DNA of 64,000 nucleotides, taken from NCBI RefSeq assembly GCF_964213995.1, contig NW_027590140.1, positions 930,001 through 994,000 of the forward strand, read 5' to 3'. Source of the stretch: Mustelus asterias (lineage: Eukaryota). The stretch's first letter is position 1. Each line of letters opens with the position of its first letter. The position numbers and the translations under genes were made by a program. Under the pieces are notes generated by a model that saw nothing but the letters and a program-made list of their open reading frames with translations, was not told where the DNA came from and made no database searches. Below are positions 34,465 through 48,294 of the stretch, piece after piece.

Positions 34465-36993
34465 TAGATAGAAACATAGAACAATACAGCACAGAACAGG
34501 CCCTTCAGCCCACGATGTTGTGCCGAGCTTTATCTGAAACCAATATCAAGCTATCCCACTCCCTATCATCCTGGTGTGCTCCATGGGCCTATCCAATAAC
34601 CGCTTAAGTTTTCCTGAAGTGTCTGACTCCGCTATCAGTGCAGGCAGTCCATTCCACACCCCAACCACTCCCTGTGTAAAGAACCTACATCTGATATCCT
34701 TCCTGTATCTCCCACCACGAACCCTATAGTTATGCCCCCTTATGCTCCATCCACCCGAGGAAATAGTTCCTCAAACACATGGCCCCTCTCCTTGGTGAAC
34801 ACTGAAGAAAAGTATTCATTCATCACCTCGCCTATCTCTACTGACTCCATACACAAGTTCACTCTATCTATCCCCTTCATCATTTTATAAACCTCTATGA
34901 AGTCTCCCCTCAGCCTCCTCCGCTCCAGAGAGAACAGCCCTAGCTCCCTCAACCTTTCCTCATAAGACCTACCCTCCAAACCAGGCAGCATCCTGGTAAA
35001 TCTCCGCTGCACTCTTTCCAGCGCTTCCACATGCATCTTATAGTGAGGTGACCAGAACTGCACACAATATTCCAAATGTGGTCTCACCAAGGTCCTGTAC
35101 AGTTGCAGCATAACCCCACGGCTCTTAAACTCCAACCCCCTGTTAATAAAAGCTAACACACTATAGGCCTTCTTCACAGCTCCATTCCACTTGAGTGGCA
35201 ACCTTCAGAGAACTGTGGATATGAACCCCAAGATCTCTCTGTTCCTCCACAGTCTTCAGAACCCTACCTTTGACCCTGTAATCCACATTTAAATTAGTCC
35301 TACCAAAATGAATCACCTCACATTTATCAGGGTTAAACTCCATTTGCCATTTTTCAGCCCAGCTTTGCATCCTAACTATGTCTCTTTGCAGTCTACAACA
35401 GCCCTCCACCTCATCCACTACTCCACCAATCTTGTTGTCATCAGCAAATTTACTGATCCACCCTTCAGCCCCCTCCTCTAAGTCATTAATAAAAATCACA
35501 AAGAGCAGAGGACCAAGCACTGATCCCTGTGGCACTCCGCTAGCAACCAGCCTCCAATCTGAAAATTTTCCATCCACCACCACCCTCTGTCTTCGATCAG
35601 ACAGCCAGTTACCGATCCAATCGGCCAACTTTCCCTCTATCCCACACCTCCTCACTTTCATCATAAGCCGACCATGGGGGACCTTATCAAACGCCTTACT
35701 AAAATCCATGTGTATGACATCAAATGCCCTACCTTCATCAACACACTTAGTTACCTCCTCAAAAAATTCAATCACATTTGTGAGGCACGACTTGCCCTTC
35801 ACGAATCCGTGCTGAGTATCCCGGATTAATCCGCATATTTCTAAATGGTCGTAAATCCCATCCCTAAGGACCTTATCCATCAATTTACCAACCACCGAAG
35901 TAAGACTAACCGGTATATAATTGCCAGGGTCATTTCTATTCCCTTTCTTAAACAGAGGAACAACATTCGCCATTCTCCAGTCGTCTGGCACCATCCCCGT
36001 GGACAGTGAGGACCCAAAGATCAAAGCCAAAGGCTCCGCAATCTATCCCTTGCCTCCCAAAGAATCCTGGGACATATTTCATCAGGCCCAGGGGACTTAT
36101 CGACCTTCAGTTTATTCAAAACTGCCAGGACATCCTCCCTCCGAATATCTAGTTCCTCCAGCCTATTCGCCTGTAACACCTTCTGTTCCTCAAACACATG
36201 GCCCCTCTCCTTGGTGAACACTGAAGAAAAGTATTCATTCATCACCTCGCCTATCTCTACTGACTCCATACACAAGTTCCCACTACTGTCCTTGACCGGC
36301 CCTAACCTCACCCTGGCCATTCTTTTATTCCTCACATAAGAGTAGAAAGACCACTGCAAGAGCGCACTACCAAGCTACCAGCTCGGATCAAGTTTTCCTT
36401 GATCCGACCCGCCCAAGGACTTCTCATGTCCCCCTCCTAGCTCTCCTAAGCCCCCTTTTCAGCTCGTTCCTTGCTAACTTGTAACCCTCAATCGAGCCAT
36501 CTGAACCTTGTTTCCTCATCCCTACATAAGCTTCCCTCTTCCTTTTCACAAGACATTCCACCTCTTTCGTGAACCATGGTTCCCTCACTCGGCCATTTCC
36601 TCCCTGCCTGACAGGGACATACCTATCAAGGACACCCAGTATTTGTTCCTTGAAAAAGTTCCACTTTTCATTAGTGCCTTTCCCTGACAGTTTCTGTTCC
36701 CAACTTATGCCCCCTAATTCTTGCCTAATCGCATCATAATTACCTCTCCCCCAATTGTAAACCTTGCCCTGCCGTACGGCCCTATTCCTCTCCATTGCAA
36801 TAACAAAAGACACCGAATTGTGGTCACTATCTCCAAAGTGCTCTCCCACAACCAAATCTAACACTTGGCCTGGTTCATTTCCCAGTACCAAATCCAATGT
36901 CGTCTCACCTCTTGTCGGCCTATCCACATATTGTGTCAGGAAACCCTCCTGCAGACACTGCACGAAAACTGCCCCATCCGAACTATTTGACCT
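34465..36993 (-). mobile_element. CR1 LINE (EN C-terminal part plus RT), frameshifted
   Basis: ORFs 36424-37134 (LDLVLGNE, SDHN), 35161-36030 and 34740-35201. Same subfamily as the element at 30268. Confidence 0.93.
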
Positions 36994-37516
36994 CCAAAGA
37001 GACCTACAAACCCACATGTTTGATTTGTGGAGCAGTGGTCTAGGCTGTTTGGCCCTCTGCTGGAAGAGGAGACGTGTTGCTGGTAGCTTGGTAGTGCGCT
37101 CTTGCAGTAGTCTGGCCCGTTGGGGTTTGAACATGAAGAGTACCTGACATTGAAGTCAATCCACCATCCAGCTCCAAAAGAAATGCGTATTCAGGCGGAA
37201 AACTGACCAACTCGGTCCCAGGAAATGAATCTCAGACCTCAGTAAAACTGCATTTAAGCGCGCTCTGTCGATTGTACTAACTGAGTGACTGCTTCCACCA
37301 GTACATATTTAATCCTGCCGGTGAAAGGACTTCAGCTGACCCAAGGCCCTCATTTGAATCTAGTTTAAACATATGCGGCTATATTGTAGATTGCGACATT
37401 GCCGGAAAACAATGGAGAAGGAAGTGATTTTAACAAACTGAATCCCGTGTGTGTGTTTAATCTTGTTGCGGTTTGACATTAAAACGGAAAAGAGAAATTC
37501 GGGCTCGGCAGCAGCC

Positions 37517-38002
37517 ACGCAGATATTCGGTCTGGATTGTGTTTGGGATACTCATTGTCGGTGAGGATGATTCCAATAGTGTTCCACTCAAACTGGCGTT
37601 ATATTTTATATGAATGCGCGATCTTGTCTTGCTCCTGAACACATTACAAATCAGAGTGATGGAGATTCAGTTATTCCGTCCCAATCTTCAGAGAGCGGGA
37701 GAGAAGGGAAAGCCGTGATAATAAAATGTACCTATCGCACTACAGAAGAAACGTGTCTTGTATATTGGGACCTGGAGCCATCAGCGAAGGAGCCCCAGTT
37801 TGTTGTCTGGAGACGGTCTTGGAATGTTGTGGAATGGAAAGGCTCAGCGTTAGGAAAACGGTTTGCTTCAGACCTCCAGCTGTCAGACTCCACCACAAGT
37901 TTAACCATCATAGACTTGCAGCTGATTAATGTTGCCGCGTATTACTGTGCTCTCTCTGGGACTCACAGTGATTGAAAACAATACCGACCCTATACAAAAA
38001 CT
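37517..38002 (+). pseudogene. TCR V pseudogene (defective leader 37517-37560, open V exon 37650-37963) with near-consensus 23-RSS (37964-38002)
   Basis: ATG->ACG plus frameshift in the leader, and acceptor AG->AA. Reads DSVIPSQ...IKCTY...VYW...AAYYCALSG. RSS is cacagtg-23-acaaaaact. Confidence 0.85.
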
Positions 38003-38169
38003 GTCTTCCGATTGAAACTGCGGTTCCTGCCTGCTGAGGTTGTCTAGAATCTCGGACAAAAGCAATCACAATGAGGTTGTCAGCCACTCAACACACACAC
38101 AGAGGAATCCAATTTACCTCTGTCAACTTCTTCACTCCTAATGAATGCACTCGAAACTGCCTCCGCTTT

Positions 38170-38465
38170 TATTAATCTCGTCCCTGTATTAGTAATAACT
38201 TAATTAGACAACTTCTCAGTTTACATTAATCTAGACCCTGCATTAGTAATAACTGCACTAGTCCATTTTAGTTTATATTAATCTGGACCCTATATCAGTA
38301 TTCAGTGCACTTGACCCTGCCCCACATTATATTAATATCGACCCTATCTCAGTTGATATTAATCTAGACCCTGTATCAATAATCACTACACTTGACCCTG
38401 TCCCACTCTGTATTAATCTGGACCCTGTCTCAGTTTATATCAATCTAGTCCCTGTATCAGTAGAA
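38170..38465. repeat. Degenerate tandem repeat (attaatctagaccctg.. units of about 26-28 bp)
   Basis: Recurring attaatct.gaccctg and cacttgaccctg. Confidence 0.7.
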
Positions 38466-40602
38466 TGTTGTGTTTGGTTATTTGACTTTTCAGTTCCACT
38501 TGATTCCTGATTTATTTCCATACTTATGTCAGGAGTACTTCTAACGAATTTAACTGCTTTTATTGATATTTAGAAGTAAGCTTATTTTGTCTGCATTTCT
38601 ATGCTTAACTTCATTCGATTTCATCGGTATGTTTTGTCCGTGCAGATGTGAACATTCTTTCTCAGCAACTGAAACGTTCACAGCTCACATTTGACATGAA
38701 TACCGGTGTGCCAATGATGATGAGTAAATGCCCACTGAACGTTCACAACATCCTGTGTAACGAGGGACGTTTTGAATGAATATGAGGGGTTAACAGGATC
38801 AATGTTTCTGCGAAACTATGAGTGAGATCTGATTTAATGACACCATGCTTCTAAATACTGCATTCAGGAGACCCAAAAATGCAGCCAGAAACTTATGAAT
38901 GTACACCGGAAAAATGAACTTTAAGAGTGTTTTTCTTTAATTGTTTCAGTGAGTCAGGTGTGCCTGGTCGTTACTTTGCTCGGCCATTTCAGGGGCAATC
39001 ACATTTCTGTGTGTCGACAGTTACATAATGGCCAGACCAGGTAAACATTTCCTTCCCTAAAGAATTTTAGTGTGGCAGGTTTTTTTGTGACAACCAATGT
39101 TATCATTACTGAGACTACTCTATTGTCAATGCAATATTGCTTCTAATAATTCGTTTAACTGATTAAGTTCCACCCGCTGTCATGGTGAGAATTGAACCTC
39201 TGTGCTGACATTATCAGCATGGAACTTTGAATTCCTGGGCTGGTGACTCTACAGCAACATCACCATGTTGCATAACTGCTACATTAAATGGAAATTGTTG
39301 ACTTGCATCCCATTAAACGTGCCCGCAGTATTCAGAGTCTTACTCTGGTACAATAACAAACCTGAATACTCTTGAGTAAAACAGCAGATCACCGAGGTAA
39401 TCCCAAGACCTCTGTTGCTTAAATCACTGAAGGGACGCTTTGACCTGTCGGTGCCGGTCACTTTCAGAGCTCAACTGTTTTGCATTGAATTTTACTGCTT
39501 TATGATGTACTGCAGCATCTCCATGATTGCTGGTCTCCATCTCATAGTCTGTTCTCACGGCTTTACAATAATTGCTCTTCAACTCCAAACACGAGCACAA
39601 AACTGGTCGTGATAACAAATAACAGCTGAAAATCTCGAGTTCAACGCTGCCATGTTCCCCATTTCTTAATAAGCATTTGTCACCAACAATTGTTCAGGTA
39701 TGCAAACCGCCAGATAAAACTCAGTTGAACTCATACATTTCATCAGGCTTTTTTTCTAGTTGGTATAACTGTGGTTTTCGCTTTCCTTCGTTCAAAGAAT
39801 TGAAACGAGGTCAATAAAACACCTTTTGCTCGAATGTGGATGAGCAGAAGATGGAGGAGAGAGCTTCAGCAGGTGAATGAGACAAATTAACTGAAAAGTG
39901 AAGGAAAGCGGTTTGGAGTCGAGTCAAATATTGCACGCTAGGAACTAGGGAGACTTTTGGAGGACTGAGCTCAAGTGCTGTCTTTGGATTGATACAGAAA
40001 CCCCAGTTTGGTGATTTAAAAACCCAGTGGCCACAGAGCCAGGCCGAGTCAGGCAATTGGCATTACTTGTGGCGAGTGAGAAACTGAAAAATATGTCTGC
40101 ATTTTGCACTGCTGAATTTACTATTTCTGCCAACAATGACAGACAGAGAAGGAAAGCTGAGTCCATCAAGCCTGTTCACAATCCAAATGATTTAAATGTG
40201 AAGTGCAGTCACCATCGCAATCCAGGAAAGAATCACCATGCGCATAGCAAAATGCCTGGTGATGTGATCATCTTTTGTAGCTTGGCGACTGAGGTTTAAA
40301 AATCTTGGAGAGCTGTCCTGCTTTAGAAACTAGTTAGGTGAAGTGTTTACAATGCTCCAGAAAGGCCAGGTGGAGCGTTCATTTAGTACTTTACCTGAGC
40401 AATTCACTGTGGATACGCTCCGACTCCATTCGCACTGCCAGTGTAAGTGGCAGCTGGAATGTGCGTTAAGGCCTCTGGAGGCAGACCTGAAACCACAACT
40501 TTCTGAATTACAGAAGATAGAATTGAGAAATGTAACAGTTAACAGAGAGCCGCGGATAGAACTTGAACTGGCGGCATCACCTGTGCCAGTTCTGTTTGGT
40601 GA

Positions 40603-40906
40603 GGTTTTTGTACAGTGAGAGATTAGTTTTAAATAGCTGTGTCTCTCAATACGCAGAAATAGACAGCAGTGTCTTGGATTTCTGCTCGAGCAATCGTTAA
40701 AGGAAAGTTATTTTCTGCATTAGTCTGACCGGCCTCGAATTTTCCCTTGGCGAAATCTGCGACTCTTCTGTCGTTGTGCTACCTGTACCAGTAGGGATCG
40801 GGGTTATTGTTGTTTGTTGTGAAGCTGCAGTCCATTTTCACGCTATCTCCTTTAGTGATACGCAGTTCAGTCTGTGGAGGAGACACAGAATCTGCTTGAA
40901 TCAGCC
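40603..40906 (-). pseudogene. TCR V pseudogene (V exon 40906-40642) with 23-RSS (40641-40603)
   Basis: DSVSPPQTELRITKGDSVKMDCSF...PYWYR* with an FR2/CDR2 deletion, then ...DFAKGKF...DTAVYFCVLR. RSS is cacagct-23-acaaaaacc. Confidence 0.88.
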
Positions 40907-42364
40907 CTGAAATAAAACATAAGGGAAGGTTTAATGCAACACTGAGTGGAAAATTCCACGAACATCACCCTATTGCAAACAAACAAGGAGTTATAGTTTT
41001 ACATACCAAACACCAGGCAAAGTATAACAAGATGACGAAACCACTTGAATTCCATCATTTCTTGGCCAGCAATCTCTTTGCATCAGATGTGTGGAGATAC
41101 AGATATATTTACTATTGTCATCTTTTAAGTTAAGCGGCTGTTGAACAGAAAGCAAAAACAGAAGGCGAGGAAGTATCTTGTGATTTTTTTCAAATACAAA
41201 GTAGCAATGCGAAAACTGGGTAGCAGCATGTTAACACGAGTAATGACTGGTCAGCTAGTTTCTCTACCTGCACCATCTGACAGCGTCACTGCTCTTGGCG
41301 GTATTGTATTTGGCAATTCACCCCACCCCTTCCCTCCACACACCACTTGTTCATTAAATATAACATTAAGGCATGTAATTTGTCATTGAGATTATTTTTC
41401 ATGGTGCCGAAAAAAGGAAAATGATGAATGAGAGAAATTGGGAGAGAGGAAGCAGACCTGAAATAGAGGGAAAATGCGAGAGAGAACAAGGCACAAATAA
41501 AAAAGAAAGGATGAATGATGCAAACCGAGGAGGAAATTATGTGCTGATTCTCATAGGATGCCATATATTTTTGTTTTGTTGTATCTATGCTCTAGTTAAC
41601 GGCGATTATTGCAAGACCACCATTTATTGTCCATCGCTAACCTGACATAACCACATTGTGGTCTCATCCTGAACTACGCCGGTGTGAATGGTGTAGATGC
41701 TCCCACGGTGTTATTTTGGAAGCACTTCAAGATTTTAAACGAGAGACAACAACAGGAACAGTTATTTATGCCGGAGGTAGGATTGGATATGATTTATGGA
41801 ATCACTGGATAAAACGACGCAGAATGAAGTTCTTTGGCCAAGTTGTTTGTACTTCAAGTCTGCAAGAGCTATCCCTTCAGGCCAGTTACATATTCTTTGC
41901 CCATGGACTTGCCCTTTTGTCCATTTCAAATCTGAAGCCAGCCACTTATTATTGTATCTGCTTCCGCCATTCTTTCAGGCAGGGTTTTGAAGGTCATAAA
42001 GACACACTTTGAAAATAACCATACGTTTCTCCACCATTTCTATTTACCGATTATATTTAATCAGTATCCTATAATTATCGACCCTGCTGCCGATGTAAAT
42101 AATTCTTCCTCCGACATTATATAAAACCCTTTCAAAATTCGGGCATCTCATTTAAAATTCAGCTCAAGTTCCTCTTTCCCAAGGGAACCAATCCAGTTTC
42201 TGTATTCACTCCGATTAACTGATGTCTAGAATCCTTGACAGCATTTTGTCAGAACAAAAATATGTGTTTTTTAATCATTTTATAAACAAGGGATTTTATT
42301 TTTCAAGAGTCTCCGGGTGGAAGACCACTTTTCTAATTTCTCCAGTTTTGTTGTGTTTTGACGA

Positions 42365-42402
42365 GGTTTTTGTACGGGTCACAGCTGGTTTGAAGCACCG
42401 TG
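42365..42402 (-). other. RSS with 22-bp spacer
   Basis: cacggtg + 22 nt + acaaaaacc. Confidence 0.85.
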
Positions 42403-42958
42403 ATCCTTAATCCGCAGAAATAGATGGCGCTGTCTTTAGTCTCCACTGCAGAAATTGACAAAGGGAAAACCTGATATTGACTGAAATGACGAGCATCGAA
42501 TTTTCCTTTGACAAACTCGGCATCCTTGCGCCTGGTGTTATCCCGGTACAATATGAACTGGAGTGGCTGCTTCGGGTAGAGCCGGTACCAGTAGCGATCC
42601 GGATCAACAGAACTGGAGTTGTAATAACAGCTCAATTCCAGATTAGTTCCATCAGCTACCTTCAACTCACGTTGACTCTGTGTTACCGAACTCCCTTGGA
42701 AATTACCTGCAAAATAACATGCAAAACATTTAGGTAACCCCCTTATTGATGACAAGCATCCCCCTCTCTCCTCTTTCACAATGAGGGAAATCAATCACAA
42801 TCTAACTATCACCTATGGATTATTTATACCAGAAGAAGGAATACATTTCAGTATTTAGATAGTACAGGGGGCAGAATGACAATTCATATCAACAAGTGTT
42901 TCACATCTTCCAATTTACCGAATAGAAATGAGATCACGAGAAATTTAACTGGTGTCAT
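42403..42958 (-). CDS. Apparently functional TCR alpha/delta-type V gene: leader 42958-42919, V exon 42706-42403
   Basis: MTPVKFLVISFLF+G|gtaaat, then ttttgcag|GT. Reads SSVTQSQRELKVADGTNLELSCYY...YWYRLYPKQPLQFILYRD...KDSAIYFCGLR. CRE-like tgacgtaa upstream (about 43174-43181). Confidence 0.88.
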
Positions 42959-43364
42959 CTCCAAAGTGCTTCCACTATGTTCAAGAATCTAATGTGCAAA
43001 TCTTTCTGACCACGTGCCTACAGTGACTTTAGTTTCCTTGAGACACGGTCACTCCAATGATGCCCTGAAACGCTGTTCAGAACAAACAGCAGAAATGACA
43101 GTGAAAGACAGAAACAAGAAACAGGAAGTGAGCGAGAGTCTGTTTAAATCGCAAAGATCACGTATGTGCGTGCTTACGTCATTGTCTAGTGCAGTATTCG
43201 TTGACACAGAAAGCAGAGTAATATTAATAAACACATAATCCAGTGTTTTATATATAAATGCAAGGTATCTTGCTGCAATAATTAAGGCAGACCTTGTGTA
43301 ATATAAACAACATCAATGTCTAATATATTTTTACCAGAAACATATTAGCTTAAGGTACTCAAGC

Positions 43365-43662
43365 CAGCATGGTTGCAAATGGTTCGCACTGCTGCCTCAT
43401 AGCTTCAGGGACCTGGGTTCGATTCCTGTCTGTGTTGAGTTTGGACGTTCTCCTGGTTTTTGCGTGGGTTTCCTCCGGGTGCTCCAGTTTTCTCCCACAG
43501 TTCAAAGATGGATCGGTGGTTGGGCCATGCTTTATTGTCCGTCAATATCCCGAGGTGCATAGGTTAGAGGGATTAGCGGTGTAAAAATGTGGGGTTACGG
43601 GAACAATGTTTTCGGTGCAGACTCAATGGGCCTAATGGCCTCCTTTTGCACAGCAGGGTTTG
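43365..43662 (+). mobile_element. HE1-like SINE
   Basis: Similarity to the copy at 17521. Confidence 0.7.
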
Positions 43663-44817
43663 TGTGTATACTATAATTTTAGTTTAAAATTAATTTATCA
43701 GATGTAGACTTCACTGGTCAGACCCCATTTATTGCCCGTCACTGGTTGACCTTGAGAGGTGATGTTGCCTTCTCTGCTGTCTCGGAGGTGTAGGTACACG
43801 CACAGTGCTATTTGGAAGGTAAGGCAGCGTCTGTCATAATTTAGCGAAACCATTCTCTTGTTATGAATTAATTGACACGGGGCGAATTTTATGGACTGAC
43901 AATCATTTAGGAATAGAAAAATATATTTTCATCACTGCAGTAACTATTGATACAGGGACTATTGTAACAGGAACGCGGAAATGCTCGACCACAGTAATAA
44001 ATGCGACAGGGACGGGCCTGATGTTAACATGATACACCTTTTTATAACGTAAATAGTGGCATTGTCTTGTGCTGTAATAAGTGAGCCAGGGCCAAGCAAC
44101 AGGGCACAGCAATACAGCACGATAATGATGTAAGTTACAGATAGGGACACATGGTGCAAAGATAATAGACAGATCAGCAAATCTCATAAGCAATGTGCAA
44201 CTCAATAGAAATGTAGATATGTTGTAACGTCGTAGAAATAGAGGCAAGGGCGAGTCTTTTAAAAACTGATGCATATTCCGATGCACTGATAGCTGAGGCA
44301 GGGTTGTTTGTAATATAAAATGAAGTAATTTGCGTGCATTAATAACTGAGGTAGGATAATTGTAATATAAACATTTGAATGGTGTAACCTTAATAGATAG
44401 AACATTATGTAGTGTAATATAAACAGGGTGCGATATGGGCAGAGAGAGAATCTAGTGCAGCAGTAACTGGAAATAGCCTCAAACATTATGAACAATAATT
44501 TGTTGTAGTCCACTAAGTAATGCAGGGCCAAGAGAAACACAATGAGAGTAATGAATCAGCCCCAGTGTAATAACTCTAAAGCATAATTTGGGTCATTTAT
44601 ATCAAGACCTGGTCAACTGTAATATGAATAGAGATATGTTCTATAGATGCCCGTTCTTCCCCAGTGCAAACAGCGACACAATGTGGAATGTGTGAAAGAG
44701 GGACGATCAGATTTACATCGAGACATTGCACAATGCCATAAAGAGAAAGTTGTCGAGTATGATATGAAATCAAACAATGATCTCAGGTAACATGGACAGA
44801 GAGAACGTCCAAGTTCC

Positions 44818-45095
44818 AGATTTATTTATTAGCGTCACAAGTAGGTTTACATTAATACTGCAATGAAGTTACTGTGAAAATCCCCTGGTCGCCACATTCC
44901 AGCGCTTGTTCGGGTACACTGAGGGAGAATTTAGAATGGCTAATGCAACTTACCAGCACATCTTTGGACTGTGGGATGAAACCGGAGCACCCAGAGGAAA
45001 TCCACGCAGGCACGGGGAGAATGTGCAGACTCCATACAGACGGTAACACAAGCTGGGAATTCAACCCGGATCCCTGGCGCTGCGAGGCAGCAGTC
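44818..45095 (-). mobile_element. HE1-related SINE (same tail as 13884)
   Basis: Near match to 13884-14162. Confidence 0.75.
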
Positions 45096-45964
45096 GTCCA
45101 GTGAAATAATAAATGAGCCAAGATGTATCAGAAATAGAAAATATATATTTTATTGTTTACAACAGACAGAAAATGTCAGTTAAGCAGAGGTACAATCCAA
45201 TGTAGTATGCCAAGGCCGGATGTGGTTGTTACAATCAGAAGCCTACTCTCATGTCAAAATAAAACGGGGCTCCCTGCAGCATCAACAGAAAGACAGTCTG
45301 GTGTAAAGTGACTCGGGATATTGACTAGTGGAGCAAACACTGGCAGAGGACCTACTTTAAAAAACAATTAGATGGCACAATGATTTTTTAACGGGAAAAG
45401 TTCTATAATATAGAAACATAGATATGATTCAAATGCCACCAGGTGGACACAGAATGCTGTGACACGAGTTTCTCTGACCTCGACCGCAGTTGGATTTCTC
45501 CGGTCCCGCTGCAGTAAACGTCGATTTGTCTGAGCACCAAATTCTCCGTTATCGATCGCAGCAGAATTCCAATCAGAATTCCTTTCACCCCAGTCCAATT
45601 CTGTGCGGCAGCAGCAGGTAAACACAATGGCGCAAAACCAGCCTGGAACAATGTGCAGATGTCAGGTCTCCCCTGAACAAGACCTGTGGCTGCCTCTGCG
45701 AGTTCAGAATGGAGCCACCACCAACTCTCATCCCGAGAACGTTACAAGATACATAAACATAAAGATTTAAATTAAAATTTGGACAAAATAAACTGAAGGA
45801 TTAGATTAGTAAGAGTACATCTGTTTGAAGGGGTTTTTCATATGCGAATTAGCAAACCGGCAAGAAAACAAATGTTTACGAAAATGACTATGGGTTGAAC
45901 AATGGTTTATGTGAAGGTGTTAGAACTATAGACAAGGTGATTTCAAAGTGGAGAGGTCTGGAAC

Positions 45965-46558
45965 GAGATGCAGTGGTATTTGTCGCGGTTCGTCCCGAGC
46001 AGCTCGGTGACGCAGGACTCTGTGCTCTACGGGCTGTTTCCGGGGACGCACACCGAGACAAATATCAACTGCTGCTGGAGGGTCATCAACTCGGTGAAGG
46101 ACGCGCTTTGGTCCGCCCGAAACTTGCTGATCTTCCAGCTGAAAGAATTGTCCTCGACCGAGTGTTGCAGCCTGGCACATTCCAAGGTCCAGGACTACGT
46201 GCCCAGGGACGCGCTCAAGCTTGGGGCAGCCGCCGCCAAGGCACAATGGGGAAAGGCCACCGTGTAAAGCGTCTCAACCGAGGCAGACCGAGGGCCGGGT
46301 AACTGCAGAATACCCTCGGCCTGCGTAACTGTGTGCCAACCTGAAAAATAACGGCACACAGTAAACTCTGACACATGTATATAGTTTTAAGAAATGAAAT
46401 GTAACGAAATGTAATGTTTTTGTAAATAAGCACTGTATTGTACTGTAAAAATGATTCTTTTTTTGCACTGTTTATGACTTTTGGATCTGTCATTTTGCAA
46501 TGTTTTATTGGAGAGTTTTGTTTTTGTGAATAAAGTATATTTTTGAAATAAAAAAAAA
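45965..46558 (+). mobile_element. Tx1/L1-clade LINE 3' end with poly(A)
   Basis: SVTQDSVLYGLFPGTHTETNINCCWRVINSVKDALWSARNLL...QWGKATV*, then aataaa and an A-tail. Confidence 0.7.
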
Positions 46559-47582
46559 CTCTCCCAGAAAGGCAATGTACTGAAAAAAGTGGCTGTTTAA
46601 AAAAAACTAACAGAGAAAAACCACTATGCTGAACTAAAGAAGGGTTTCCCAAGCTGCAAAATAACCCGTGGCTGGTCACTATAATCTGTTTTAAACTCAT
46701 AGAGCCATACAATTTCGTATGTTGTTTGGGAAAGGGACAGTTCTCAGAGGTCAGAAAACTGTACAGCTGGGAACACGGGTTCACCTCATGAGATACTGTG
46801 TGTGTGGTCATTATTGTAGTTAAGGGTCCTGTTGAATTGTATTATAGTCTTTCTTGCTGTGTGCCTATTTTCAGATAATAATTATCCACTATTAATTATT
46901 TGCAACAAGGCTGGACCATGTCTCACTCGTTTCCTTTTTTTATACATTATGTCAAATTGAAACTTTCTACCATTAAGTATTGGTGTTCCACTTGAACATT
47001 CTGCATTTTGGGATACCCTCACATTGTACATCAGGTTCTTAACAAACACCACAACAGCGGATGTCTTTAGAAGTTAACTGGAATCGAAGAGTTCATTTAG
47101 TTGCCTCAGAATGTTCCCATAGATCCATTTTCTTTCTCAGAAGGTCAACCTTCCGGCCTCAGAAATTCTATTTAACTAAAATAACCACATCCACCACTCT
47201 CGTCGGTAAGGCTGAGCATTCACTGTGGAAAAATGTTCCTCCTACATCCGCCCCCACCTCCATCCCACATTGCCCATAATCTTAAAAAAAGGCACCTTGC
47301 ATAGCCCCGCACCATTTTCCGTTAGCACCATCAGCTAATGGGAACATCTTTTATTTATCTACCTGAGCAAAGCCTCTCCTAATCTCATCCACTTCGATTA
47401 CAGCTCCCCTCAATCTCCTCCACTCCCTTGGAGAACAACCCCAGCATCTCCACCTTCTGGCTAATTTGCGAACTTTTCAAAACGGAATTTAACGAAATTA
47501 TTCAAATATTTTTCTCCTTGGGATATACCTAGAATTGATCAACTTTTGAGAAAACACGATGGAATTTAAAGATGTTTCGAAG

Positions 47583-47752
47583 GAAAAATGCTGGAAAATC
47601 TCAGCACGTCTGGCAGCATCTGTAAGGAAAGAAAAGAGCTGACGTTTCGGATCCAAAGCTTTCACAAAGGGTCATTTGGATTTGAAACGTCAGCTCTTTT
47701 TTCTCCTTACAGATGCTACCAGACCTGCTGAAATTTTCCAGCATTTTCTCTT
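47583..47752. repeat. Imperfect inverted repeat of the gaaaatgctggaaaatctcagc family
   Basis: Arms of about 75 bp are reverse complements of each other. Confidence 0.75.
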
Positions 47753-48221
47753 TTGGATTCAGATTCCAGCATGCGCAGTAACTTGCTTTTATTAAATTTG
47801 TTGCGAACTTCTTAGCATTAAACATATTTAAAATAATTTTTTCCCTTGAGCTTGACAAGTGTTGGTCAACGTTTTTGAAATTCGTTTCAGCATTTTGAAA
47901 AATAACTTTTCCATGCTGAACTTTTCCATCTAGACTTTTCCAACTTTCAAAAAATTGTGTAAACTTATTAAAATGTTTTTCCAAACGATTTAACAAAAGC
48001 GTGCCATTTAAAACAACAAACACGATTAAACTTACTTAATGAAAATCTTTCAGTGGAATTTAATTTGAAATAATCGAGTTCTAAAAAATTCCCTAACATA
48101 AATTTCTCCAGGGTAGCTGACTGAAGTTCGACAGCATTTATCTGAATAGTTCTAAAGTTATTGAAGAACGTTGTCATCCCAAGTAACATGGAATTTGTGA
48201 ACTACTTTTAAAATTTTACAT

Positions 48222-48294
48222 CGAACCAGCCAGGAGTCGAATCGGGAATCTTCTAATCCGTAATCAGATGCATTACCCACTGTGCCACTGATCC
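48222..48294 (-). pseudogene. tRNA-Arg(ACG) pseudogene
   Basis: ggatcagtggcacagtgggtaatgcatctgattACGgattagaagattcccgattcgactcctggctggttcg, 73 nt with stem mismatches. Confidence 0.75.

Noticed and set aside
39285-39520. Possible highly decayed V remnant (LTC...LLWYNNKP...SLKGRF)
   Set aside because: No YYC at the proper distance, and no RSS or splice site.
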